Origin: Lama guanicoe
Taxonomy: Eukaryota
DNA: 64,000 nt
Direction of reading: 5' to 3'
Assembly (NCBI GenBank): GCA_013239625.1
Contig: MU054220.1
Span: 7,847,367 to 7,911,366 of the forward strand
Shown here: positions 12,599 through 25,689 of the stretch, in pieces
Layout of the letters: each line of letters starts with the position of its first letter
Numbering within the stretch: the first letter of the stretch is position 1
Position numbers and translations under genes: made by a program
The notes under the pieces: model-generated
Seen by the model: only the letters and a program-made list of their open reading frames with translations
Database searches by the model: none
What the model was told of the DNA's origin: nothing

Positions 12599-13415
12599 TT
12601 GTTAAAAGCATCAGAACTGTGGAATCAACAAGACCATGGCATAACCTTGGGAAATAACCTTGGGAAAGTCACTATCCACTAGACTCAGTTTTCACTCATT
12701 AAGAGGGTGGAAATCCTCACCCTGCAAGATTGTTGTGAGACTTAACTATCAACAGGATGATACCTAATGCATTACTTGGCCCCGCAGAATACAATCAACA
12801 TGTGTTTCCCTTCCTTTTTGAATTGACAAAACTGAAATAGGACCTGATAATCAAAACACAAAAACGTGTGCCTAAGTACCTACAGAGTAAGATGTGGTTC
12901 CAAGAAACTTAATAGGTAAACACAAGAAAACAACAATTTAAAGACTCTTTAGTTGAGTAAAACTCAAACTTTTTACATCGGGGTTATCACGAGAAATAGA
13001 GCAAATTAGACATGAGAAATGCGTGTTTCCGAGAACTGTGGTGGGAGAAGTAACACATTGCTTTTAAGTCTGAAGTGCTTTGAATTACAGTGAATCAGTG
13101 TGGTTCTCCATTATAAAATGACTTAAAATTTCCTGCTGACAATTTTATTTTTTGATAATTGTATTTTGTTATGCTTTTTATTATCCTAAAATTACTTGTG
13201 TAACAAAAGAAAATTATTTCCCTTCAGTTCCTTCTTTCCATTTCCATTTTTTAAAATGGAATGGGGTTTGAAGAACCCTCTCACTGATTGTTAATAATTG
13301 ACAGGCAAATGTTTGCACCTGTGTCTTTGAATGGATACACATAAATTGTGAGTGATACCGCTCAAAATAACAATCATTAGAATACTTGCATAATTTCTAA
13401 CTCTAAAGACATTGC

Positions 13416-13606
13416 CTCAACCACAGGGAAAAACAACTCAAATATCAGTCCTCATAAGAAACACTTTCTTAAAATAAAAATTATCCATTTCATTGGATAA
13501 ATCTTCAAAATCCGAGGAATAACTTCCGTTAGAGATATGTAGGGAGCCACTTGGACCTGCCCAGAGATTTTGGTAACTTCTTTTTGAAGATACAACTAAA
13601 ATTACT
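13416..13606 (-). pseudogene. Exon remnant, TAGT region
   Basis: cttacag|A VILVVSSKRSY...DNFYFKKVFLMRTDI* vs GREB1 YALLGLRKW...RCHVHNFIILNVDL. Donor reads GC. Confidence 0.55.
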
Positions 13607-14049
13607 CTGTAAGTTTAGGTTTGTTTAATGATAGTGTATAATTTTTTACATTACATAATGATCTTTCTACCAATAGATCAATACAAATTAAGAATTCTGC
13701 TTCAATCTTGTAACTAGGATTTTTTTGTGTGCGAGAAAAACATAGTTAAAATGTACAAGATATAAGAGGATTTAGAGCATCATTTGACATGCAGATTATT
13801 GCCTACAGTCTATGTGGGCTCAAATACATTTGCCTTGGTTCCTCAGAGACTGGAAAAACTATAAACTGGATTACAAATAATGCTAAAAACCAACAGTCAT
13901 TCAGCATTTACTAAGTGTCAAGCACTCTTTTGAGAAGTTTGCTTGGACTACCTCATTCAATCTCAATATTTGATTCAGCCAAGTAATATCATGAGTAATT
14001 GAAACTTTAAAAAATTGTATCTTACTACTTTTAATTGAGAATGAATTGA

Positions 14050-14642
14050 AAACTTGAAAGTTTAACTTTTTTACACCCCCTTCATTGTGTTCAGTCATAG
14101 AAGACATCTTGTCCCACAGGTTTTAAAATAATTCTCCAATCCTAGATTCCTAAAATGTTCTTCAAAATCTATTTCTGCCTTCAGCTCTATTTCACTGTCT
14201 TCATATTTCTCTTTTCTCCTGATTTTTCCTTCCATATGTTTTCCACCTCATTTTTTTTTGTCTTTCCCTTTGTATTTCCCCTCTGTTCTTCTTATATCCA
14301 CATCTTGGTTCTTTTATTCCTCTTTCTTTCTTCTATAGCTTTGAATTGTATCATCTCTACACTATTTTTAGTTCCTACTTGTTTATTTTGCTGCTTTTTC
14401 CCTTCCCAAATCCTTCTTGGCCATCACCATTTAGCGGATCCATTGATGCTTCTAGGTCATCTTTAGCTAAACATTTTGTCCTTATTCTTGTTTCTTCCAT
14501 TTCAAGGGCCATCTCATCTAATCAAGAATCGGTGAGGACAACCGCAATTCCATGTGGTTTAGGAAGAGCTTGTTCTGAAGAAACAAGATGCTTTTGTAGT
14601 GGTGGGCAGACATGTTCAACATCGACATTGGCTTCTATTTCT
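14050..14642 (-). pseudogene. Long Glu/Lys-rich exon remnant (insertion relative to GREB1)
   Basis: ttttgctacag|A EIEANVDVEHVCPPLQKHLVSSEQALPKPHGIAVVLTDS*LDEMALEMEETR...DFEEHFRNLGLENYF. Purine-rich; 3' end approximate. Confidence 0.55.
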
Positions 14643-15627
14643 CTGTAGCAAAATATCAGTAAGAAAGAAAAGCACATGACTGGAGAGATGGAATTCTCTT
14701 CTAACTCTGGGAAATTTCTGACTATGACACAAATGCTATCCCAGTAGGACTTTTCCTTGATTGTTTTGATTCTATTGAAGTTGAGAATAAAAATTAGAGA
14801 AGAAAGAAAATTTTACACATTGTAACTTTATTTTACCCATGTCTTTTTAGTTTCTTGACCCTCATGCTGCCATGCTTTGAGAAATCTGCTTGAATAACCT
14901 AATCGCTGTGGGTAGGAATACGACATAGATTCAAGCCCCACAGGCTGAAAAGTTTAAATCCGTTAATCTTTCTGAGCCTTTTCTGCCTCAATGTAAAACA
15001 GGAAGATTGATCTCTCGCCTGCTTGAAGGCTATTCGCTGTCTCCTGATGAATGGTATGTATACTGTCTACCTTATTCAATAGTAACCTGATAAACAGATG
15101 CTTAAAGCTTGCTATAACTCAATAAAGTAACTTGCTAAATTTCTATCCCCAATAATTTAATAATACCAATGATCTGTCATTTGTTTTAACCGAAATGTTC
15201 ATTATTAGATTAATATTGGGGTTGCAGTGGGAGTGTCTGTAAACTAGACATAGAGTTCAGCTAGGTCTCAATGGTAAACTACTTTGTTATCTATTGTATT
15301 TCAATTTTTTAGGGCCGATTTTTCAGTCTTTCAGTTTTTACATTGGTTTGTATCAATCAATGCTCTTATATGTATTTTACTTAATTGGTATAGTCCCTAG
15401 AAAATAACACAGATGAGGTTTTAATGAAAACTTTTTATCACATAAGCCCTTTTCCCTGATTAAATTTTTATAGAAGGTGTAATACCAATTCTCATCATAC
15501 TATTAATATAACATGTCATTTTCCTATAAAAAGACTTTTTTTTGAATCAGGAATAAGTGACTATAAAAGTATTTTCTTTTTTTTCTACTGTTTACTTGAG
15601 TATATACGAAGTTAAATAAAATATATA

Positions 15628-15921
15628 CTTGTGGCAACTTGTAATAAACTTCTAAAAATTGAATAATTTCCATAATTAATTGCAAGTGATTTTCTCTATC
15701 ATGCTCTTCTTGTCCCTGCTTCCCTCTAGCTTTGTACCATCCAGCTAATCTCATATACTCACACCTACCTAATCTTTAAAAGCTGACCAGTTAACCAGAA
15801 CTAGTTGTCAACTTACCAGCAATCACACAGAGTGTACAGAGGTGATGTGTAAATTGTCTCCATTAACAGAGATTGTTTTTTTGGTAGTCATAACTTCAAT
15901 TTGATGTTTTGTTGATTTTCC
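15628..15921 (-). pseudogene. Two exon remnants (15817-15921 and about 15628-15744)
   Basis: First has gtgcag|...|gtaagt. Second is open: GWYKARG...HLQLIMEIIQFLE vs GREB1 MWNVVD...VSLKHIMQHIE. Confidence 0.55.
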
Positions 15922-16615
15922 CTGCACAGTATAATGTGGTCTTTTGTTTGTTTTAAGACTATTGCCTTGGTCTTAGACCACTCATCTTCCTCTCGCCTTC
16001 CTGCTCCTGTTTTATCTTCTTTCTCTCTGGCCTGGTCTTAGTCTTGTTCTCTGAACATTCTTGACTGTGTTCTGCCGCCTCCTCTAAGTGTATAGATTCA
16101 CTACTCTCTGGCCTACTCAGCTACTTCCAGAAAATTCAGTTGAGACCCATTCTGCTTTTATTCTTAACCATGGGGTTGAATTAATATCTAAATAAATTGA
16201 ACAAATGAACCACAATGATTGTAACTATTAATCATTTCTAGGTATTATCTACTTGTTCTTTAAACCTAAACCCAAGGCTATCCACTCCCTTGAAACTAGC
16301 AGAAATAAAATGATAGTAATTACTTCATGTCATACTAAGAAAAGCAGATACATCATTATTAAACTTAACTTTTGACTCTGATCCTTTAATACATTAAGTT
16401 AAATTTATTTTATTATATTCCTCATAAGTATAAAAATCACTTTCTTTCCCGTTTTCTACCTCTTTGCTAGTTGTCTTTCAGAAAGGAAAGTTTAATAGCA
16501 GTTTTCTTGAAATTTGCCTTGGGACCTTAGGCTTCTACAATGAGCACAGACACCATAAGGTACAGCCTCTCCCTTCGGGCTGTGCAGCCTACTGGTAGGG
16601 CCATAGGATGATGAC

Positions 16616-16889
16616 CTTGTTCAAAACTAGAGGCAAGTGACTATCAGTCAGCTTTTCCCCGTGAGCATATGGGCCATGTGATCTTTGGGTCAAGAATGGA
16701 AACTACTGGAGGCGATTTAAGATACGTTAAATAGCTCGTTTTCATAGAATTTTCAGTGAGTTTACTACATTTAAGTGCCTTAAATTCCCTTTAGGTAGAA
16801 CCAATGAATAACAGCTGCACAAGAATCTCCAGAAGACTGACCACAATCAAACAAGATTTCTTTCTTAGCTGACATCTACCGGTTGTGTC
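16616..16889 (-). pseudogene. Exon remnant, TAGT region
   Basis: tacacag|G (phase 2, compatible) ... FWRFLCSCYSLVLPKGNLRHLNV vs GREB1 YKKYWPNHIMLVLPSIFNSAGV. Shifted frame LDPKITWP vs IKPQDIWP. Confidence 0.75.
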
Positions 16890-17129
16890 CTGTGTAATTA
16901 AATGCTTGCTTTACATGATTTCTCTACTTTAACTCCGAAACTTTATGAGGCGATTGTTCTCACCTGCATTTACAGAGCAGAAATTTGATACCCAAAGAAG
17001 TTAAGTAACTGTCCCTAGAAGTCTTAGATAAAAAAATAATTAAAGCCAGAATTTAAATTCATGTGTTCCTGACATCAAAACACCTACTCTGAACTGCAAT
17101 GTCAGACTGTGTATCAAAGCACTCTTTAC

Positions 17130-17483
17130 CTCCAGGGATCAACATCCATCACCTCATACAGAGCAATAAGCTCATTTCGTAAGAATATTTTTAGAGTAAA
17201 TTCCTTGTGAGTTACTTTGTCTCTGTAGTAGAGGAAGTAGAGCCTGGAATTGTTTAGGTGAATTTGTAGGGTTAGTAAGAAAATGGCTAGAGAATGAACG
17301 AGCTACCCTGAGTACCCCGGGAAACCTGAGCAATCTGGAGTATAAACACAATATTATATAATCTTTGAGGATATTGCTTCCTCTGACTCGTCTGTGAACT
17401 AAACGTTCTGGTACTTCTGTGGCTTGCAGGTGTACCTGCACAGATGTGGCTGCCGTCTTGCCAGTCATTGCATGGCAGCCAAT
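17130..17483 (-). pseudogene. Exon remnant, start of the glycosyltransferase-like (TAGT) region
   Basis: 354 nt, phase 2 to 2, one frame with four stops: FTDESEEAISSKII*YCVYTPDCSG...LVHSL vs GREB1 VTDKSHEYIKSPTFTPTTG...LYHAM. Donor AG|gtaaag. Confidence 0.75.
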
Positions 17484-17595
17484 CTTGTTTGTGGAACGTG
17501 GAAATAAAGCCATCAGTAAATGTTATCAATGTGCTCAACTTTAGTTTATGAATAGGAACTTTTAGTAACCCTTAATCACTCACTTGGTACCTTAC

Positions 17596-17793
17596 CAGCA
17601 AACAGCCTGCAGTTGAAGATTCAAAATTAAAATCTACAGAATTGTATGCTAGCAAAATTAAGAGCTCCTGGGGGCTCACTTTGCAGCCAGCTTTCATGTC
17701 CGTTTACCTCCGTGAGATTTCATGTCATATTGGAGATTCAACTCTTCAGGCCATCCACATTTGAAAGGATAATAATTGAACACAGCTTCAAAG
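17596..17793 (-). pseudogene. Exon remnant
   Basis: tttttaatag|C FEAVFNYYPFKCGWPEELNLQYDM vs GREB1 YESTLHAFAFSYSMLGEEIQLHFII. Donor gtaagg. Confidence 0.7.
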
Positions 17794-18139
17794 CTATTAA
17801 AAAGAACAGTAATTTCCCTATAGCTTACTTTTGAATGGCTCATTATTTTATTCCTGTTTGTGCAAGAATATTTATCATTTCCCACCATTCTGCCACCACC
17901 CGGTCCTTATCTGAATGGACAAAATGCATCTTTTTGACTCACATCTCAGGACTACTGTGGCTAAAGATACACTGAGTAACTTGAGCTAGGAGAAACTTCC
18001 AACAACCCACACAGTTTACGTATGTTAGAAGGAGATTCTTCATGCTAGTTCAAAGGGATTCTCCAAGCTCTCTACAACCCTCTGAGCTACACAGCCATTA
18101 TTAAACTATTTCAAGACAGAACTAAGTAGAGTCAAACAG

Positions 18140-19220
18140 TAATCTTCTAATTTTAGCATCTTTTCAGTCTGGAAAGACTGAGATTTTCCCCAATCATCCA
18201 GTCTAGTTCTCTTTGCTTAATAATCTTCCCCTTCATTGATGTTTTAACTCTTACATTTTACTATAAGCTGCCAAAAACAAGCCAAACAGTGTCTTCAATA
18301 TTTTGAAAAGTCTCCTCAGTTAAACATCCAGGATCAATTCATTCTAAGATTTCTGCAACTCTATAACCAGTACCCATGTTCCTCCAGTTTCCAGTAACAC
18401 ATTTCTCATTTTCCTTTGAGCCCTCACCACCAGGATTTTAATGTTTACCAACAATCTGTTTATAAAGATGGAAGTATTTTCTAAGACAGTGTAGGTTTTT
18501 CTTTTTATTGTGTTTCTCAGGTCCATCTGAGCCATCACTGAGAATGCTTTTAATGTTCATACATAGTATAGGTTTTATTTACTATGATCATTATTTCCTT
18601 TTGTGTCCTAACCAACAGTCTTCAATATTCATATTTCTAATAACTGTTTATTCAAGACAATCTAATCTTTTATTATTATTATGCTCAAAGTGCTTTCAAG
18701 TGCTATATATTAACCAATTCCAAAGCTACTTCTGCATTTTTAGGCATTCATTACATGAGGACCCCACTTTCAGTACCAAAATCTACATTGGTTTCCTATT
18801 GTTGCTGTAACCAACTGCCACAGCTTTATAACTTAAAAAAATATTTTTGTATAGTTCTGGAGGTCAGAAATCCAAAATGAGTCTCATGGAGCTAAAATCA
18901 AGGTGTCGGCATGCTGGTTCCTTCTGGAGACTCCAGAAGATGATCTGTTTCTTGCTTCTTCTAGCTGCTACAGACTTCCGGCATTACTTGGTTTGTGGCC
19001 ACATCACTTAGTTCTTTTGCTTCTGCTGTGACATCTGCTCCTACTCTGACTTTGACTCCCTCGTATCTCTCTAGTACTGAATGTTGTGATTATACTGGGT
19101 GCACAGAGGTAATTCAGAATAAACTCCCCAACCTTTTTAATGACATCTGCAAAGTCCCTCTGTCACATAAAATAACATAACCACATGTTTCAGGGATGAA
19201 AATTTTGGAGGCATTATTCA
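18140..19220 (-). mobile_element. MaLR internal fragment plus MLT1 LTR
   Basis: ccaaagctacttctgcatttttagg...ccccactttcagtaccaaaatc internal/LTR junction, then gttctggaggtcagaaatccaaaatgagtctc. Confidence 0.7.
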
Positions 19221-19349
19221 TATGTATGTTTGTGAGTGTGTGTTTGTGCATACATACACATACACTTTTTTTTTCCTCTTCTTTTCTGGAGAAAGTCAGC
19301 CATTCACTTTGAGATCTCTACTCTATTCTATGTAAGTATTTGTAATTCA

Positions 19350-22300
19350 TGTAAAGATTTAGAAAAGATAAACAAGTTTCTAGCAAAATGAAAATTATCA
19401 ATCCTATTTACAAAAGAAATATTAAACCTGAATAGTCTTATAACTTTTAAAACTTTAATCCAGAAAATAATTTACCCAGAATAATATACCATGCCAATAA
19501 TATTTTCATGAGAGATTATAAAACAGTCAAGAAAAAATTACTTCAAACTTATACAAAATATCCTAGAAAACAAACAAAATAATAAAACTCCCCCAGATAG
19601 TTGGCAGTACAGATAGGGAAATTATAGAAGAATTTTGTTCATAAAATGTATGCAGCTATTCTAAATAAGTCTAAGAAATGCTATGCAGTAGTGCCTGTAA
19701 GAACAAATATATCATGATTATGTTGTATTTGCATGAGAATAAAGTGTTTCATCAAAATAACTGAAAAAAGGAATTAATGGTGATCTTACTAAACACAAAA
19801 TTTGATAAGATTCAAAATATATTTGTAATAAACTTAAAAATTAATACCACCTTAGCAAACTGGGAATAAATAGGGCTATTCTTATTCTGGTAAAGAATAT
19901 CTGCAAAATCTACATGATACATCAAATGTAAAAAGTTTTTCACTTAAAATCAGGAACATGTCAAAGACTCCCCATACTTCAACTTCTGTTCAGAAACTTC
20001 TTGGTGATCTAGTCAGCTCAGTAAGGCAAGTCAAATAAGCAAAACATAGAAGGATCACAAAGTAAGACAACTGTCTTTTTTCACAGGTGATGACTTTCAG
20101 AGGAGAAAACTGCAGAGACCATGGAATGTATTAAAATTTTAAATGTAAATGTAAATTATTAAAATTAATAAGAGAATTTTAACATTTGTTGACTATAAAA
20201 TTAGTACTAATATAACAAATGCACTTTTCTGCACTAGCAGAAAATATTTAGAAAATATTTAGAAAATGTAATTTTACATACAGCCATTTAGAATAACAAA
20301 AGAAGGTATAAAGTACTGGGTAACATGCATCATAAAAAATTCATGTATCTCTAGAAAAGTATGTAATTTTAATAGACATATTAATAGAAACAAAGTAACT
20401 AAGAAAAATAGGTAAGAGATCTGCTGTGCCTGAGGATAGGACTCAATCAAATTTTTAAAAAAGCATGCATTCTCCCCAAAACCATCTATACATTAAATCA
20501 ATTTTCTGGTTCTTTCCAATGTTGATCTGTATGGGCAAAGGGCTAAATATAACCAAGGCAACTTTGAAGAAGTGCAAGATGAGGAATCTTGCTTCACAAC
20601 ACAGGAAAACTTACTATAAAATCAGATTAATTATTGTAGTGTTATAATGCTGAAGGGCTACCAAAGTATTTCATATAATAGAACTGGAAGCCCAGAAAAA
20701 AAAAAGTACATATCTACAGAAACTTTATATATGGTAGAACAAGTTTGTAGATCATGAGGAACAGAAAGAAGAAATTAATAATTAGGGCTGAGAAAATCGA
20801 TTATCTTTTTGAATATGTATTGGATCTACACCTCTCTTCGGTCACAAACATCAATTTCAGGTAGTTGAAAGACAAAAATGTAAAAAGCAGAACTACTAAA
20901 TTTGCTGAAGAACATATAGGATTAATAGTTTCTAACATCCGTGTAGGGAACTGTTTCTTTTTAATATTTTTTATTGAGTTATTTGATTACACAAGCAAAG
21001 TAAACATTTAAAAGAATAAGAATTACTAACATATCAAGTAAGGAGAGGTGAAAATAGTGACTTTAAAGAAAACGGTCTCTTTAGAAAAACCTAACAAACC
21101 CCACCTTAACGAAATGATCAAACTTAGTAAATCATATTAGTGTCGTTTACCCTTGATGTGGTGTTACAAGAAGGACACTTCTCCCCAAATCCATATCCCC
21201 ACATAATCATGGGAAAACGTCAAACAAATCCAGATTGAAAGATATTCTACAAGATCTTGACAATTATCCTTCAAAAGACTCACGGTAACGAAAAACAAGG
21301 AATGACTGAGAAACTATCACAGATGAGAGACTAAGACATAATGACAAGGCAATATGCTATCCTGGCAGAGAAAGATGGAATTAGTGGAAAATGTACTGGA
21401 AGCTGAACAAAGTCTGTGGGTTAGTGGCTATGTTTGGCCAGTTTTAATTTCTTAGTTTTGATATATGTACAACGATTAGTTAAGATGTTAATACTGGGGA
21501 GAGCTGACTGAAGCCATAGGAACTCTTTGCAATATATCTACAAATATCATGAAAATCTAAACTCATTTCAAAATTAAAAGGTTTTAGAAACTACAAGATT
21601 TCTGATTTGACTATATATAATACCCAGAAAAAAATGAAATCTTCTTGTGTCACATGACTTTATAATTTACTTCTAAAGTCAATTTCAGGAAAAATATTTG
21701 CAATGCCTGTAACTAACCATAGATTAGTATTAAGAACAGATGAAGACACTACGAAAAAAAAGAATAACAGCATTTAAGTCAAAGACAGACAACCCAATTA
21801 GAAAATGTCGCTGGACATGAAGAACAAATCAAATACACTCATCCAGTCACTGTGGCATAGTAAAATGGCATAATTACATTGGAGAGAAATATAACAGTAT
21901 CTAACCGATGAGTATAAACATATTCTTCAATTCAGCAGTTCTACTTTTTTGTGTATTCACGAAGATTCCACATATGTGAATATATATTTGCATTACCAAA
22001 AAACAATGACAAAATTTCAATCCTCTTCAAGAAGAGAACAGCTCACTAATATCAGCAATATTCTTGCAATGATATATTACTTATTAATTAGAAAAAGTAA
22101 ATTTAAGCTATCTGTTTCAATGTGGACAAGTAATAAAAATTCATTGCTTAAAAAGCAAGGTAAGTTACAAAATATTATATACATAAGAATATATGTATTT
22201 ATAAAATGCTATGCTATTTAAAAATAACATTAAAACATTCAAAGCCATACAGATAAGAAAGTTACAAAGATATCCATGTAATAATAAGCACCAAATTCAA

Positions 22301-22450
22301 GATGGTGAATCTCTCTTGGAGGAGGAAGTAATGAAACAAGAACACAAAGTGAGGCTTCAGTGGTATTGGGGAAGTATAAGATGCATTTTGCATAAATTAT
22401 TTAAAAAATTCATAATGTTAGCTATTAAAGGGAAGCATGATGGAATGAAA
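19350..22450 (+). mobile_element. Old, decayed L1 (ORF2 to 3'UTR) with a nested L1MC-type 3' end at about 21050-21585
   Basis: A-rich plus strand with tttgataagattcaa, ttaaaatcaggaaca, ttactataaa, gacaacccaattagaaaatg. Confidence 0.7.
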
Positions 22451-23067
22451 GAGGATTGATTTATAACACTTTGGAAAAAAATGAAGGCTCTAACTGGAGT
22501 GGAGCACACTAAAAAATATTAGACACATCATCATTTTAAATGTCCCCTAGATTTCAAGATCATAATGCAGAGGGAGATGGCTGGGTTGCCATCGAGTTGC
22601 TCTTTACCAATTACTTTGTAAATAGTTATAAAAATTCTTAAACCACTTCTCTCATTGTGTTGGCATTGATCCCTTCCTTTTAGTATTTTGCAAAACACTT
22701 ATTTACATGTTGCACTCATTCTCTAGGGGCTAATTTTGTGAGCTTCAGAACAAAATTAAACAAGCTCAAAGATTATATAAACTCAAATGCTATATTTAAA
22801 TGATCGAAGCCACTAAGGCAAAATGTCAGCACGATTAACAATACTTTGCTAGAAAACTAGTTCCATATAATAGAAAATGTAGCCCCAGACCCCCTATCCC
22901 ATTAAAATGTAAATACACAAACATCCCAATATGTTTCTTCCAAACTTTTTTCACACAAATTGAGCTGTACTTTATGCATGAGGCTGTAGCTAAAATTGTC
23001 TTGTTTCACATCTGCATTGTGATTCCTGGAGGTTTTAGCATTTGATGCCAGAAGAGATGAAACTTAC

Positions 23068-23185
23068 ACTCAGAAATCCATCTGGAGAAAAGTAAGGGTA
23101 ATCTTTCATTTCTTGTGTGTTATACATTACTGGATCCAATTCAGAAAGTTTGCATTAATTTGAATCAACTTGGAAACTTTTTTTT
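23068..23185 (-). pseudogene. Exon remnant
   Basis: tcccttag|KKSFQVDSN*CKLSELDPVMYNTQEMKDYPYFSPDGFLS|gtaagt. Confidence 0.6.
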
Positions 23186-23994
23186 CTAAGGGACAGATAT
23201 TTAGTTAATGTGAGATGCTTTAGACAGAATCGACAATGCTCTAAAGTTTCTTTATACCTGAGAGACACTTTATAAGAATGAAACATTTGCATATATTTTC
23301 CAAAATTTTTTCTCTAGTCAGGTATCACTATACTTCCTGAGAACTGAGAATATGATGGTTTAGAACAGCATCTTGGGAGTAATATAGCCTGGCATCAAAT
23401 CTGTGCTCATCATTCATAAACTACATTCATGACCAAGAAATAAGTTCCCTAACCTCTCAGGGTTCATTTCCATCATCTGAAGTGCAAATGATAAGCACAT
23501 CTACCTTGTGATGCTTTTGCACAGATCAGATGACATAAAGTACTTAGAATGATATCTTGGACACATTAGGATGATTTCAGAAAGGAACACACACACACAC
23601 ATACACACACACAGAAATAAAATTATTCTGAGCATATTTCTGCAGGACATAGTTAAACAGTAAATGGAGAACACCAATGAGGGTAGATCAGTAAGCACAA
23701 TTTTCTAGAAGCTGTGTAAGTATTTTTTTCTCAGAGTTTGCTGTTGAAAAAATTATTAAATAAGGACCACTTTGAGTTACAGTAGAGTCTATCTGCAAAA
23801 GCTTTTAAGTTCACGTTGTAAAACCATCAAGAAAGTTAAAATCATGCACCATGAATCACATAGTTGATAATACTACAGTGGAGTTATTTAGGAACTGTGT
23901 ACAAAAAAAGGGGGGAAGTAATAAAAATAACTTTAGATTAAGCTCTTTCCCCCTCTAGATTCTCTATTAAAGTTTTATACAGGTGAGTTCATAC

Positions 23995-24294
23995 TTGCTA
24001 AAGATAAGAGATGACTCTGAATTTCACTTAGCTTCCAAACATCTGGACAAAGCTGTGATCCATGAGGGATGACATTTAATGAAAGATGAGCTATGGATTT
24101 TACACTAATTTGGGTCTCACCAATGCCACGGTCGGCTCCTCAGGCAGACTAGACATCATGGTTTGTCTTCATGGGGGGCCTTGTTCTCTGATGAGAATCT
24201 GCAGTTCAGTGGACGTTGTTCATGACTGAAGGGCTCACACTGAATCAGAGGACAAGGATCAGCTGACTTCATGTCTATGTACAGAAAACATTCC
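23995..24294 (-). pseudogene. Exon remnant
   Basis: ttgtttctctgcag|G ECFLYIDMKSADPCPLIQCEPFSH vs GREB1 WHYLQLSDPWPDLELFKKLPFDY. Later ISVKSIAHLSLN vs LYVRRQTARMRLS. gtatga donor; 300 nt. Confidence 0.7.
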
Positions 24295-25462
24295 CTGCAG
24301 AGAAACAAGATCAAAGAAGTGAAGAGATGCTTATACGTTCCTCTTAGAAATTGTTCTTAATTCCAGTTAGGCCCAAACATGACATGCCACTAACTTAGGA
24401 TATTTACTCTCAGTAGGATGAGATTGAAAAATACGGTCTTGGAACTTCTTTTGGAATTGCTGATCTATTACCCTCAGCATTTCTAAACTAAAATTCTTCT
24501 AGGGAAAAAATTGATTCACATGGTAATCAGGGAAGAAAGTTTTTAGACCACTTTATAACCTGTATTCTAATGGAGAATACCCTACAATAATAGATGCTGT
24601 GCTAAAAATTATGCCCTGACTACAAACAGAAGAAAATTAGAAAAACATCTGAAATATATATGATTTAAGCAATTTTTTTATCTTAAGAAGATAGGGAGAT
24701 TTGAATACATGTGATTTTAATTGGATTTTTACAAAAGTATTTACATTTCTCACATTAATATTTTAAAGCCCAAACTAGAATCATGCTAAAATTTCATGTT
24801 CTAATGTTCATAATTACAATGTTAAGAGGCAGTGATTATAAAATTTGAAATAACGATATTGTTTCAAGCTGAAACTGATTATCTCACAGTTGTTTACCTT
24901 CAAATAAATCATTTACGTTTGAGAACCTCTGTTTACTAATCTCTAAAATGAATATAATGTCTTACTCACAAAGTGATGTTATTCTGTTTTTCCCAGCCCT
25001 GCTTGACCTACAGCAATAATAATAGCTCCCTCCATGGGCTACCACCTAGTCAGTAGGGCAGCGGGGCCCAAAGCTAGCAGCTGCATGTTCAGGACCAATT
25101 CCTCACTGGCAGACAGGGTCTGGAATGGGTTTAGGATAAGAGTTTTCTTATATCAGCACACAGCCAAGATCCCTTTTTTATTTATAACATATGAGCTATT
25201 TTCATTTAAAAGTCTTTTTTTTAATACATCATCTCAAATTATTTAATAGAAATAATTGTATATATTAATTGTTAAAATCTTTCAATACAGCTAAACTCCA
25301 AGACCAGGAAACTCGTATCCTACTATGTAACACCAAGCACAGTTTAAAGTGACGTTGAATATATTATTATAGTAGATAAATCAAGTAGAATAGAATTTCA
25401 AATGCTCACCACCAAAAATATACAATAAAACTGATAGAATCCAAATCTATGAAAATTTCTAC

Positions 25463-25689
25463 CCTTATTCTATGTCCCCTTCTATGAATGGTGTTTTCAC
25501 ATATTTCCAGGAGTTGTATAAATGAAACAGAGGATATGTTTTATTGACTTTCCAATGCAAGACCTTCATATATAGGAATTTATACTGTAATGCTGTTAAC
25601 TTTTACTTCAGACCAGATTCATCTATGCAGTTTCAGTCTTGCGTTACTCTAATGTGGTTACAGGATGACAGAAATGTAACATTCCCACT
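25463..25689 (-). pseudogene. Probable exon remnant without a clear GREB1 counterpart
   Basis: Strong pyrimidine tract ctttcactctttag|. Best frame EWECYISVIL*...IWSEVKVNSITV*IPIYEGLALESQ*NISSVSFIQLLEICENT has several stops. Confidence 0.4.

Noticed and set aside
14120..14175. FRNLGLENYF resembling GVIN1/URGCP or a SAM-domain motif
   Set aside because: Isolated motif with no flanking support.
25463..25600. SFIQLLEICENT resembling ODC antizyme or the GREB1 Walker-A flank
   Set aside because: Short chance similarity; the better Walker-A match is in the 28418-28638 exon.
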